A DNA stretch of 64,000 nucleotides from the IMG/VR virus record IMGVR_UViG_3300025684_000012; one strand, 5' to 3'. Position 1 is the stretch's first letter. The number at the start of each line of letters is the position of its first letter. The notes under the pieces were generated by a model. That model did no database searches. It was not told the origin of the DNA and saw only the letters and a list, made by a program, of their open reading frames with translations. The position numbers were made by a program, and so were the translations under genes. Source of the stretch: a virus. Below are positions 21,262 through 30,700 of the stretch, piece after piece.

Positions 21262-21298
21262 TGTTTATTAGACCGCAGGAAGTGTCAATAGGTCCACT

Positions 21299-23581
21299 CT
21301 AGTTCAATAAATTACCGGTTTGGTCGTAAATATTTATCCTATAATAGGATCCGTGCTGACCATCAAGTAAATCTGCTTCAGTTGCGCTAGTAGCATTACC
21401 ATTGAACTGAGACGCTGTAACAGTATTGAACACAGCATCGTACGATTCATCGAAAATGAATTCACCGGTATCAGAGTTATATAGTAAGCCATTGTCTCCG
21501 GTTACCGAGCTACGAGCGCGCTCTGTGGTAAAGTATTTATTTAATACTCCCTCGGCTAACTGATCCGTGGTGGCAGTTTTATCGAGCTTTTGGTTGATCC
21601 AATTCTGAACAGTACCAATGAAATCTGAGTCGTCGCCCAAAGCTGCCGCCAACTCATTTAATGTGTCTAATACTTCAGGAGCACCATCAATTATGTTAGT
21701 GATAGCTATATTGATTGCTGAGTCGGTGTATGTGACGGCAGCAGCTAGAGTACTCGAGTCGCCATTATCAGCATATAGGTTTGCAGCAGCTAGAGTACTT
21801 GAGTCGCCGGCATCCGTATATAGATTAGCAGAATCCAATAGATTGTATACATCGAGCAGGCTGGAATCAATTGCAGTTGATAGGTTAGATACGGACGTGT
21901 CGGTGTATAGATTTGCAACAGCTACCGCTGAATCATACATCAGTTGTGTGAGCGAATCAACGTAATTAATTGTTGGTATATTATTCAAGTCTACAGAAAC
22001 GGTACCGCTAGCCTGGTTATACTGAATGCCAGCACCTTGATTTATAGTACTTCTGGCCTTCTCTGTAGTGAAGTATTCGTTTGTCCCCTCTGGAACATTT
22101 GTGGTGGTTATAACGTCTAGTGTTTCTAGCGCTTTCTGTACGGTGTCATCGTTCCCAGACAAAATGCCGCCAAACAATGAGGTGCTTAAAACAACTTCTG
22201 ATGCTTGGCTTATTACTTTGGGAATAACGTTTACAGGAACAGGGAATGTTGAGCGGATCGGTTGTGAGCCACCGAACTTAAAGTCGAAAGAAGTTTGATT
22301 TGAGGATTCGGATATCCCAAAATACTTCATCGCAACTCTATCGCCAGACCCAAACAATGTACTTTGAATCAGAGCGTCTGCGTAGAACTCCTCGAAAACA
22401 TCCCCATCGTCGCCGACCAGCTTGGTTAGCGAGGAAGTACCTAAAAGGGTTTCGTTGTTATCAGAATCTATTTTATATACTTCAAAGTAGAACCGAGCTA
22501 ATCCAGTTCCGTCTTCCGCGTGTCGTCTTATATCACCGATAGTATGGATATTGATGGTGCCTGTAGATCCTTGTAATACCCCCTTGTCAGAAACAACTGT
22601 TGCTATGAAGGTGGAATCAGAATCTATAAGTCCGGTATTTACAATCGCCTCGACATCATTATAATCAGAATCGTCCAGCGAGGTAACGAGTTTATTGGCT
22701 CCTGGTAAATCTGAGAGTGCTGTGGTAGGATAAAAAACAACCGACGATGACAGGGAGTTAATATCCAGCTTATTGAGCTGCAATTCGTCTAATGCGGCCT
22801 GAACATTGGTGGCCAACAATCCATTACTGTCAGCATTATAGGAAATAGCACCAGCCGTTAGATCTAAGCTCTCTACATAAGCACGTGTAACTGTTCCATC
22901 GATTAGGACCAACACGTCAGAATCGGTTACTAGCTCATTACCGTTAATAGTTAAATTGCCAGTAATGTTGATTCCGTTCTCACCCATTTCTAAGCGATCG
23001 GAATCCCGCCACTGCATCTTAAACGTGTTATCACCATACGCCATATGACGTAATACGGTATTGACTCCATTATGGTATAACTTAGTCTCCTCGTCTGTAC
23101 CGACTGTAAGTGAGAACCCGTCATCTAGTATCAGGTCTGCATCGATCGATGCACCATCGGAGTTGTAGGCAGCAATCTGAACAACCTGACCTTCATCGAT
23201 AGGGTATGCGAACGTTATCGATGTTCCGTCTGGAGCAGTATAATCTATACCTTGATGTAATAAAACACCATTGAGGTATACTTGAATTCTTCGAGGGGAA
23301 GCTAGATCGTATGAGAGGAAGTTGCCAAAGTCATCCGCACCATTTACGGCTTGTAATGTTCCGTCAGACGTGTAGATATACGTATTAAATGTACTGACGA
23401 GACCTGAGCGAGTATCAGCACCAACCTCGACGACTTGTTCAACGTCATCTATTCTTTTCTTTAGGTATAGTTTACCATCGGCTGTGTTGATTGCCAACTC
23501 GCCGAGGTTTAATTGTTCTACCGTCGGTATATTTCCAGGAACCGCGGATCTACGGAGCCTGATATCTATATTGCGCGCCAA
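21299..23581 (-). CDS. Tail fibre-like protein
   Basis: N-terminal IRLRRS..PG..P....L..GELAINTADGKLY, a GAPEVLDTLNELAAALGDD module and ADLLDGQHGSYY. Confidence 0.75.
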   Translation of the reverse strand: MARNIDIRLRRSAVPGNIPTVEQLNLGELAINTADGKLYLKKRIDDVEQVVEVGADTRSGLVSTFNTYIYTSDGTLQAVNGADDFGNFLSYDLASPRRIQVYLNGVLLHQGIDYTAPDGTSITFAYPIDEGQVVQIAAYNSDGASIDADLILDDGFSLTVGTDEETKLYHNGVNTVLRHMAYGDNTFKMQWRDSDRLEMGENGINITGNLTINGNELVTDSDVLVLIDGTVTRAYVESLDLTAGAISYNADSNGLLATNVQAALDELQLNKLDINSLSSSVVFYPTTALSDLPGANKLVTSLDDSDYNDVEAIVNTGLIDSDSTFIATVVSDKGVLQGSTGTINIHTIGDIRRHAEDGTGLARFYFEVYKIDSDNNETLLGTSSLTKLVGDDGDVFEEFYADALIQSTLFGSGDRVAMKYFGISESSNQTSFDFKFGGSQPIRSTFPVPVNVIPKVISQASEVVLSTSLFGGILSGNDDTVQKALETLDVITTTNVPEGTNEYFTTEKARSTINQGAGIQYNQASGTVSVDLNNIPTINYVDSLTQLMYDSAVAVANLYTDTSVSNLSTAIDSSLLDVYNLLDSANLYTDAGDSSTLAAANLYADNGDSSTLAAAVTYTDSAINIAITNIIDGAPEVLDTLNELAAALGDDSDFIGTVQNWINQKLDKTATTDQLAEGVLNKYFTTERARSSVTGDNGLLYNSDTGEFIFDESYDAVFNTVTASQFNGNATSATEADLLDGQHGSYYRINIYDQTGNLLN

Positions 23582-23684
23582 GCTTGGCTACTCCCATTCA
23601 TTCATCCCTTATATAAAGGGCAAGTATACTATAATAAACTTCAATTCGTATATGACGATTTACTCAAAGTTTATCAATTATTAT

Positions 23685-25085
23685 TTAGTACGTACCACCA
23701 TCCAATTGGTATATCGTGGTTGCACCAGCGGCTGACACTAAAAACTGAGCCGAATCGAAAGACGCTATACCAGCACTTACGGTCGATGCATATTCAGCTG
23801 AGATAACTAATTCGTTATCAGAATCGAAATAAGCTAAGTCGATCCCTACACCAGCAGTTAGTAAATTTGCTACCTCAGAGTCGATTACCTGCTCAATCGC
23901 CGTTCCATTGATAGAGAACGGAGCAAGTATATTTAGACCCTTATTAATATCAATAACATCGTTAGCGGCATTGTATACTATAGACGCGTCAGCACCAGCG
24001 ATAAAGATACCAGCGCCATCAGCTTCTGCCGGTGTGGTTGCTTCATCCGCAAGAGTAAGTGTCAGGTCATTGACCGACATTACCGTGGAGTTGATTATCG
24101 TTTGAGTACCCTGAACAACTAGGTTACCGCGGACTACTAATGTACCACCGTCCGAATCTGTTGGAGCAGGATCAATGTATAAGGTATTTGAGCTATCGGT
24201 AGAATATAATGTGTTGCCAACAAGCCGTAAGTTACCAACCTCTAAACTGGTAAGGTTAGATACCTCAGCGTTTAATGCATAATTGATCGTATTCGTTAGC
24301 GAGTCGTATTCGACTAATAAATTGTCGGATGCATCAAATGTTACATCAGAGTCTAGTAACGATATTGAATCCCCATTGATTGTGAGTTGAGTAGCAACAT
24401 CAACTACACCAGCTTGAGTCAATCTACCATCTGAATCAACTGTGAATGTGGGGATTTGTGTCTGTGAACCATACGTGCCGCTAGTAACACCAGTAGGAAC
24501 GTAATTGACCGATATTGAATTAGTATCACTATCAACGGAGACTTGTAGTCCGTCCCCACCTAAGATCGATAGCGTTTCGGTTTTAAGGTAAACCGAAGCA
24601 GATCCTGTATCCCCAGCAATACGTAAATCTGGAGCAAGGTCAGTGATTCTACTATCAACGTAGAATTTTGTTGTGGCGTCAGCAGAATCAATCGGCTCGG
24701 CTAGATTGGTAATTCTCGATCCACTTAGAGATAAATCTCCACCCAGCGAGAGTGTTAAGTCACCAGCGGTAGTTAATTGAGAATTGAGAAACGTGACCCC
24801 ACCAGCCGATAAAGTGTCTACCTTACCATCTGAATCTAGGATCAGTGCTGTATTGGGAGTAGCTACACCAAACGGAGCGTCACCTTCACCACCCAACAGG
24901 CTGACGTAGTATGCACCACCGATTACCGTATGGTTGACGGCATCTCCGCCCGTCTCAACGCCAGTACCGATATATAACCGATCGCCACCATCGCCGTTAA
25001 AATATGAATAAGCTAATTCACCTTGAGCTAGGGTAGTGGGATTTCCCTGTACGCCAGATCGTTTGATTCTAATAATTGAGGCCAT
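23685..25085 (-). CDS. Tail fibre-like structural protein
   Basis: N-terminal IIRIKRSG..GNPTTLAQGELAYS, GTYGSQTQIPTFTVD..GR and C-terminal LDGGTY. Confidence 0.75.
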   Translation of the reverse strand: MASIIRIKRSGVQGNPTTLAQGELAYSYFNGDGGDRLYIGTGVETGGDAVNHTVIGGAYYVSLLGGEGDAPFGVATPNTALILDSDGKVDTLSAGGVTFLNSQLTTAGDLTLSLGGDLSLSGSRITNLAEPIDSADATTKFYVDSRITDLAPDLRIAGDTGSASVYLKTETLSILGGDGLQVSVDSDTNSISVNYVPTGVTSGTYGSQTQIPTFTVDSDGRLTQAGVVDVATQLTINGDSISLLDSDVTFDASDNLLVEYDSLTNTINYALNAEVSNLTSLEVGNLRLVGNTLYSTDSSNTLYIDPAPTDSDGGTLVVRGNLVVQGTQTIINSTVMSVNDLTLTLADEATTPAEADGAGIFIAGADASIVYNAANDVIDINKGLNILAPFSINGTAIEQVIDSEVANLLTAGVGIDLAYFDSDNELVISAEYASTVSAGIASFDSAQFLVSAAGATTIYQLDGGTY

Positions 25086-25354
25086 CAGTATTGTCCACCG
25101 TTAATTTCTTGTTTGTCTAATAGTTTCTGTGCATGCCACGAGTTATCACTTTCATGATACACGAGAACATCTCCATCTAATGCGTCACTAGCCTGTACAT
25201 CATTCAACCCGCCTAATGTGCCATTATCAGCGGTGACGCGACGCACAGGCTTACCAACGGTTACTCTTTTGACCTTGGTTGCAGTACCAGTACCTACCCC
25301 CGACACATAATGTGTACTGTCAGGATTAGATGGGGATATTTTCCTTATAGGCAT
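25085..25354 (-). CDS. Small structural protein
   Basis: LGGLNDV...DGDVLVY....W module and C-terminal INGGQY; coupled to its neighbours. Confidence 0.65.
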   Translation of the reverse strand: MPIRKISPSNPDSTHYVSGVGTGTATKVKRVTVGKPVRRVTADNGTLGGLNDVQASDALDGDVLVYHESDNSWHAQKLLDKQEINGGQY

Positions 25355-25358
25355 AATA

Positions 25359-25718
25359 CTACCTCGTTACAGACGGAGATACCTTTATCTTTCCCTCTAG
25401 GATACGTTCTACGATCGTGTAGCCATCACTATCTACATAGTTGAGCTCAACGTCATAGACGTATCTACCGCGGGTAGATAGTGTATCTGTTTGTTCGTTC
25501 GTGAGACTTAGTACTACGACACCATCTGTCGCAGGTTGTGCAACAATGGCCGTGAAGTCAATAGTTTTATCAGTATCGCTGTTATAAGACTTTTTCATCT
25601 TAGCTTGTACTGAATAACCAGTGAGGTTTTTGGTGGAACCGTCAAGTTCTACGAGCTCGAGTTGGAACGCAACATCGGATCCTTGAGCTATAGTGAAATC
25701 TTCGTAAGTGGTTGACAT
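25359..25718 (-). CDS. Virion structural protein (BppU N-terminal-like fibre adaptor)
   Basis: IAQGSD...NLTGYSVQAKMKK...G.V.LSLT..QT..L..GRYVYDVE....RILEGKI.VSPSVT. Confidence 0.75.
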   Translation of the reverse strand: MSTTYEDFTIAQGSDVAFQLELVELDGSTKNLTGYSVQAKMKKSYNSDTDKTIDFTAIVAQPATDGVVVLSLTNEQTDTLSTRGRYVYDVELNYVDSDGYTIVERILEGKIKVSPSVTR

Positions 25719-25720
25719 TT

Positions 25721-25787
25721 ATTTTCCTAGTTCTAAGCCTACACAAAACAATTAATTATATTTATAAGGACTAGAAACTAGGAAAAT
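25721..25787 (-). promoter_or_regulatory. RBS-sequestering inverted repeat enclosing a late promoter (TATAAATA at 25759-25766)
   Basis: Arms 25721-25740 and 25768-25787 are nearly complementary; the downstream arm contains the AGGA RBS of the ORF starting at 25718. Confidence 0.7.
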
Positions 25788-25801
25788 GAAATTATAGGCA
25801 A

Positions 25802-26509
25802 TTAAGCCCCAGCAGATATGTCCTCTAGGACCATTTCTCGGAATTCAGCTGAAGTATCTGTCGTATCGAACACATAAGAAACTGTAACACGCCAACATTC
25901 ACTTTCAGCAGCGTGGTACATCTGCTTTTCTTTCTCTTCATGTGAACCGAAGTATGTGGCTTTACAAGTCCACTTACCAGCGGTATCTTCACACTTGACA
26001 ACTTCCTTTGTCTCGGGGTGAACATAAGAGAAGTGACCATCGCCCGTTTCCGACCAGGTAAAAATTAGGTTATACCCTGGAGCATTGGCATTGTTGTGCC
26101 ATGAAATGAATCCACCTGGAGGGTAGATGGCACATAATGCGTTATGCTTAACAGACAAGAAGTTCATCATTCGGTCGTTAAGCTCACCCAACTTGTTAGT
26201 GAAGTCGCGCTTGAATACTGGATCAGCATCACTCTTAAAGAATGTGTGAGCGCGCTCCGAAAGTTTGAAGTTATAGGCTACTATCATATCGGGGAAGCCT
26301 TCATGAGCTTCGCCCTGATCCATAACCTGCTGGAGATACTCGTCAGACATCCAATGAGGACGTTGAAGAATATGCTCGGCCGCAGTTAGGTGGCAATGTT
26401 CCTCGAGCCCGTCCCACGTGTATAGTTGGGAGTATTCGTTTAAAATATCAAGCAGCTCTGGGTTATTGACATCCACGTGCTTTACATATGATTCGTTAAT
26501 CTGTGTCAT
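25802..26509 (-). CDS. Putative 2OG-Fe(II) oxygenase-like (double-stranded beta-helix) enzyme
   Basis: YPPGGFISWHNN...G.F...YHAA....WRVTVSY resembles the Hx(D/N)...H...R layout. Confidence 0.6.
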   Translation of the reverse strand: MTQINESYVKHVDVNNPELLDILNEYSQLYTWDGLEEHCHLTAAEHILQRPHWMSDEYLQQVMDQGEAHEGFPDMIVAYNFKLSERAHTFFKSDADPVFKRDFTNKLGELNDRMMNFLSVKHNALCAIYPPGGFISWHNNANAPGYNLIFTWSETGDGHFSYVHPETKEVVKCEDTAGKWTCKATYFGSHEEKEKQMYHAAESECWRVTVSYVFDTTDTSAEFREMVLEDISAGA

Positions 26510-27246
26510 AAGATCGGTTTATCCTTTTCTAAGCCAGCAGAGAAGTGACGTAAAATTACGGGTCCTTCTGGCTGAGTTCTCGCCCAATTTAGTGCGTTGT
26601 AATAGTTCCATCTTAAATCGTCATCGAAGATTCCAATGTTAAGATCTTTATATTTTTCTTCTTTATTGGTCAACCACCACAAGCTAAACTGATCCCAAGA
26701 TTTTAATGAGTCAGCATAACCATCAGGCCACCAAGTATCGTTCATCTGCTTATGAGTCAAATCCCACCAATCTTGCATGAACTCACGAACAATGGGCTTA
26801 GACATATCGTATAAACAAACACCACCGCAAAGTATGAATTTAGATTTACCCTCTGGGGTGTCAAAATCCCGCTCAGCGTAGATGTAGTCACGATCATCAG
26901 TAAGTTCAGAGAAAACCATATCATAGTCTTTCATCTCATCCCATACTTTAATAATATCTTCGTGCTCACATTCCATGTCAGCATCAATATACATTGTTAT
27001 GTCATATGGTGATTTCGCCATACCCCATAACTTAGCGCGATAGTGGTCGTCGCAGAAGATAACATCATCAGCAACATCGTAACCACGATCGTCAATAAAC
27101 CTTTCCTCTGTAACTAAGCAAATGTTACAGTCTTCATAATAATCTCTAATGGATTCAGCGAGATTAATAGCGTATAGATAAAAGTTGCGATTTCTGCTCG
27201 CAACTATAACAAATCCCTTACTCTTTTCCATCAGTCCCGGCCTCAA
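26506..27246 (-). CDS. Glycosyltransferase (GT-A fold, GT8-like)
   Basis: KGFVIVAS, AKLWGMAKSPYDITMYIDADM (DxD), GGVCLY, WDQFSL, RWN and ILRHF. Confidence 0.8.
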   Translation of the reverse strand: MRPGLMEKSKGFVIVASRNRNFYLYAINLAESIRDYYEDCNICLVTEERFIDDRGYDVADDVIFCDDHYRAKLWGMAKSPYDITMYIDADMECEHEDIIKVWDEMKDYDMVFSELTDDRDYIYAERDFDTPEGKSKFILCGGVCLYDMSKPIVREFMQDWWDLTHKQMNDTWWPDGYADSLKSWDQFSLWWLTNKEEKYKDLNIGIFDDDLRWNYYNALNWARTQPEGPVILRHFSAGLEKDKPIL

Positions 27247-27679
27247 GAGCTTCTTGTAAAATCATAATTGAATATAAATCAACTTCAATTCTCGATTTAG
27301 CGCGGCGCAGCTTACCCTTGAGCGCACGGTTTTTAGATGCTTTAATCTCATCAACTTCAAATGCTTCTAATTTATAGTTAAATAACTTCTCGAGCTTACG
27401 CGCTTTCTGATGTTCTAAGTCGCGCTGCTTATTCTCATCAGCTTCTGCTTTCTTCCGCGTAACTCGATCTGAAGTCTCTCGATCAATTGCTTCTTCGCCC
27501 AGCGCCTCAACTACCTCTTCGAACATCGCGTTAGGATTACCCTCACGGTCTGTACGATTCAGCTTCATAACCTGTCGAACTTCGCGCCCCTCATCGTCAA
27601 CGATTTCTAGAATACAATTAAGCTGTTGCTTTTCATCTGTTTCCCAGAACGCATTATCAAGCCATTTTTTAGTAGCCAT
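27218..27679 (-). CDS. Hypothetical protein in the fibre-modification cluster
   Basis: 153-aa ORF with a GGAG RBS, overlapping the glycosyltransferase. Confidence 0.7.
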   Translation of the reverse strand: MATKKWLDNAFWETDEKQQLNCILEIVDDEGREVRQVMKLNRTDREGNPNAMFEEVVEALGEEAIDRETSDRVTRKKAEADENKQRDLEHQKARKLEKLFNYKLEAFEVDEIKASKNRALKGKLRRAKSRIEVDLYSIMILQEALEAGTDGKE

Positions 27680-27741
27680 CTTATAAAAACTCCAAATAGA
27701 TTAAAAATTCATATCATTCATGTGTTATATATTAGTATAAT

Positions 27742-27765
27742 AAAGTGGGTCTTCCATGACCCACT
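27742..27765 (-). terminator. Stem-loop after the hairpin-repeat gene
   Basis: 8-bp stem AGTGGGTC/GACCCACT followed by a weak T-rich tail. Confidence 0.55.
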
Positions 27766-27796
27766 ATTACCTATATCATACCATACTTCTATGGGG

Positions 27797-30700
27797 TTAG
27801 GCAACCCTTACATACAACGTATACGTCTCAACAATGTTGAACGTTGGCTGGATAGTCATACCAACATAGTTACCAACAAACGCTCGTGAGTAGTTGCCCA
27901 CGAAGTCTCGCGAGTAGTTTCCAGCATAGCCTCTGGCGTATGCCCCAACGTATTCACCTACATATGTTGATACACGGTTACGGGCATAATCATCGGTATA
28001 CGATGATGTACGCGCACGAGAGTATGCGCTAACGCGGGTGCGTGAGAATACATTAGTGTAGTTGCCTGTATATTCACCAGCAAATGCACGACTGTAGTTG
28101 CCTACATAATCCCCAACGAATCCGCGCGAATAGTTTCCGATATACTCGCCAGCAAAGCCACGAGAATAGTTTCCAGCGAATCCGCGAGTATAGTTACCAG
28201 AGTACTCACCAACAAATGTTCTGTTGTATGTGCCGGAGTATTCACCAACAAATGTTCTGCTGTAGTTACCTGCGTATTCACCAGCAAATGCACGACTGTA
28301 GTTGCCAACGAAGTCGCCGGTGTAGTTGCCCACATAATTACCTGTGTATTCACCAGCAAACGATCTAGCATAATTTCCAGTAAATGCTCTCGCATAATTG
28401 CCAACATAGTTACCTACGTATTCACCAGCAAACGATCTAGCATAGTTACCTGCGAAGGTACGAGCATAGTTGCCAATGAAGTTACCAGCAAAGTTCGTTA
28501 CACGATCTCTAGCGTAAGCACTAGAACGAGTACGAGCATAAGCTGAAACGCGAGTACGAACGTACGCGGAGTATCGAGTGCGCGTACTTGTACGTGTAAA
28601 GTCGCCAACGTAGTCTGTAATACGAGTACGAGCATATGCGCTACTACGGGTACGAACGCTTGTACGAACCGAAGTTCTAGCATACTCTCCAACAAAGTCA
28701 CCGACGAAATCCCCGATGTACGAGCTAACGCGAGTATAATACCCAGTACGTGTATAGTCCGCAACATAAGCTCTAGCGTAGTTGCCTACGAAGTTTCCTG
28801 CATAAACCAACGTACGAGCATAGTTGCCAACGAAGTCGCCAGTATAAGTTAACGTACGAGCATAATTACCTACGAAGTCGCCAGTATAAATTAACGTACG
28901 AGCATAGTTGCCAGTGTATGTTACTGCCCTAGTATAGTTTCCTACATAGCTAGCTGCGCGAACTCGAGTATACGCTGGATAGTAAGCACGATCACGAGAA
29001 TACGCTGGATAGTAAGCACGATCACGAGAATACGCTGGATAGTAAGCACGATCGCGTGAGTAACCTAGGACGGTGGTATAGTTAGTAGCTCTCGTCCTAG
29101 TATAATCATATGTTACATTACGAGCATAGTTCCCAGCGTATGTTACTGTGCGCGTGTATATTACAGTTCGCGAATAATATGTAGTGGCGGTTCGTGTGTA
29201 TATCTGAGGATCACCAGGATCTGGCCCTATTGGTGGACTTGGAGGACCAACGTAGTATGATGTTCCAGTTCTAGAGTACGACAGATTTCGCGAATAATAC
29301 CCTATAGCAGCCCTATTACGGGTATAAGCTACTGCACCAGTTCTAGTATAGTTACCTACGAAGTCACCAGTGTAAGTCAATGAACGAGCGTAGTTACCGG
29401 TATAGTAATATACACGAGCATAGTTGCCAGTATAGTATGCTACACGAGCATAGTTGCCAGTATAGTATGCTGTACGGGCATAGTCACCAGTGTAGCTCGC
29501 AGCTCGGGTACGCGTATAATCTAGCGTAGCGGCACGAGCGCGCGTGTATGATGGCGATATTGCATAGTCTGTAATACGTGTACGTGAATACGATGGCGAT
29601 ATTACATAGTTTGTAATACGTGTACGTGAATACGATGGACTCGTGGTGAAGTTGGTTACACGGTCACGGGTATAGGCAGTTGAATAGTTACCAGTATACG
29701 CTAGTACTCGAGTAAAGGTTAATGTCGCAGCGTCATCGCGCGTATAGTTCGTTACCCTGGTACGAGCATAGTTGCCTACGAAGTCGCCAACATAATCGCC
29801 GACAAACCCACGTGCATAGTTACCTACGAAGTCGCCAGTATATGTTGTGGCGTAATTACCGACAAAGTTACCAGCATAGCCGCGCGCGTAGTTACCAGCA
29901 AACCCGCGAGAGTAATCTCCTACGAAGTTGCGGCTATAGTTACCAATAAAGTTACCAGCAAAGTCGGTTACACGGTCACGGGCATACGCCGATGTGCGCG
30001 CGCGAGAGTATGCAGAGACCCGAGCACGGGAATACGTGCCAGTGTAGTCAGCAGAGTAAGTTGAAACGCGAGCTCGTGTATAAACAGATGCGCGTGCACG
30101 CGTGTATACGCCTGTGTAGTCGGCAGAAAATGCCGTGAGACGAGTACGAGCATATGTACTTACGCGATTGCGTGAATACGTGCCTGCATAGGCTGAGACG
30201 CGGTTACGCGAATATGTGCCAGCATAAGACGACACCCTATTACGAGCATACGTACCAGCATAGGCTGAGACTCGGTTACGCGAATATGTACTTACACGAT
30301 TGCGTGAATATGTGCCAGCGTAAGTCGAAATACGATTACGGGCATAGTTATCAGAATAAGCTGAAGAGCGTAAACGAGAATATACTCCTACGAAATCGCC
30401 AGTATATTCCCCTACAAAACCTCGTGAATAATTGCCGGCGAAGTCGCGGCTATAGTTACCAGCGTAATTGCCGACAAATACTTGGCTTGTAGTGCGTGAA
30501 TATGTACCACTAAAGGTAGACACTCTGTTACGCGTGTAGGCTGAAACTCGGGTCTGTACGTAGCTCGAGTTGCGGCTGCGCGTATAATCGATTTGAGCTG
30601 TCGTTAGCTTGGTGTTTACGGCTGTACCAACAACCTTCCACGTACCACCACCGATGGGTGCGCCTTGAGCTGAAGAAAGTAATTGATAGCTACCAATACT

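Noticed and set aside
27860-30586. Repeat array as a CRISPR array, DGR template/variable pair, or DNA inverted repeat
   Set aside because: The repeats are in-frame and degenerate with no repeat-spacer alternation. No cas or reverse transcriptase gene is in the window. The symmetry is at protein level, not DNA reverse-complement level.
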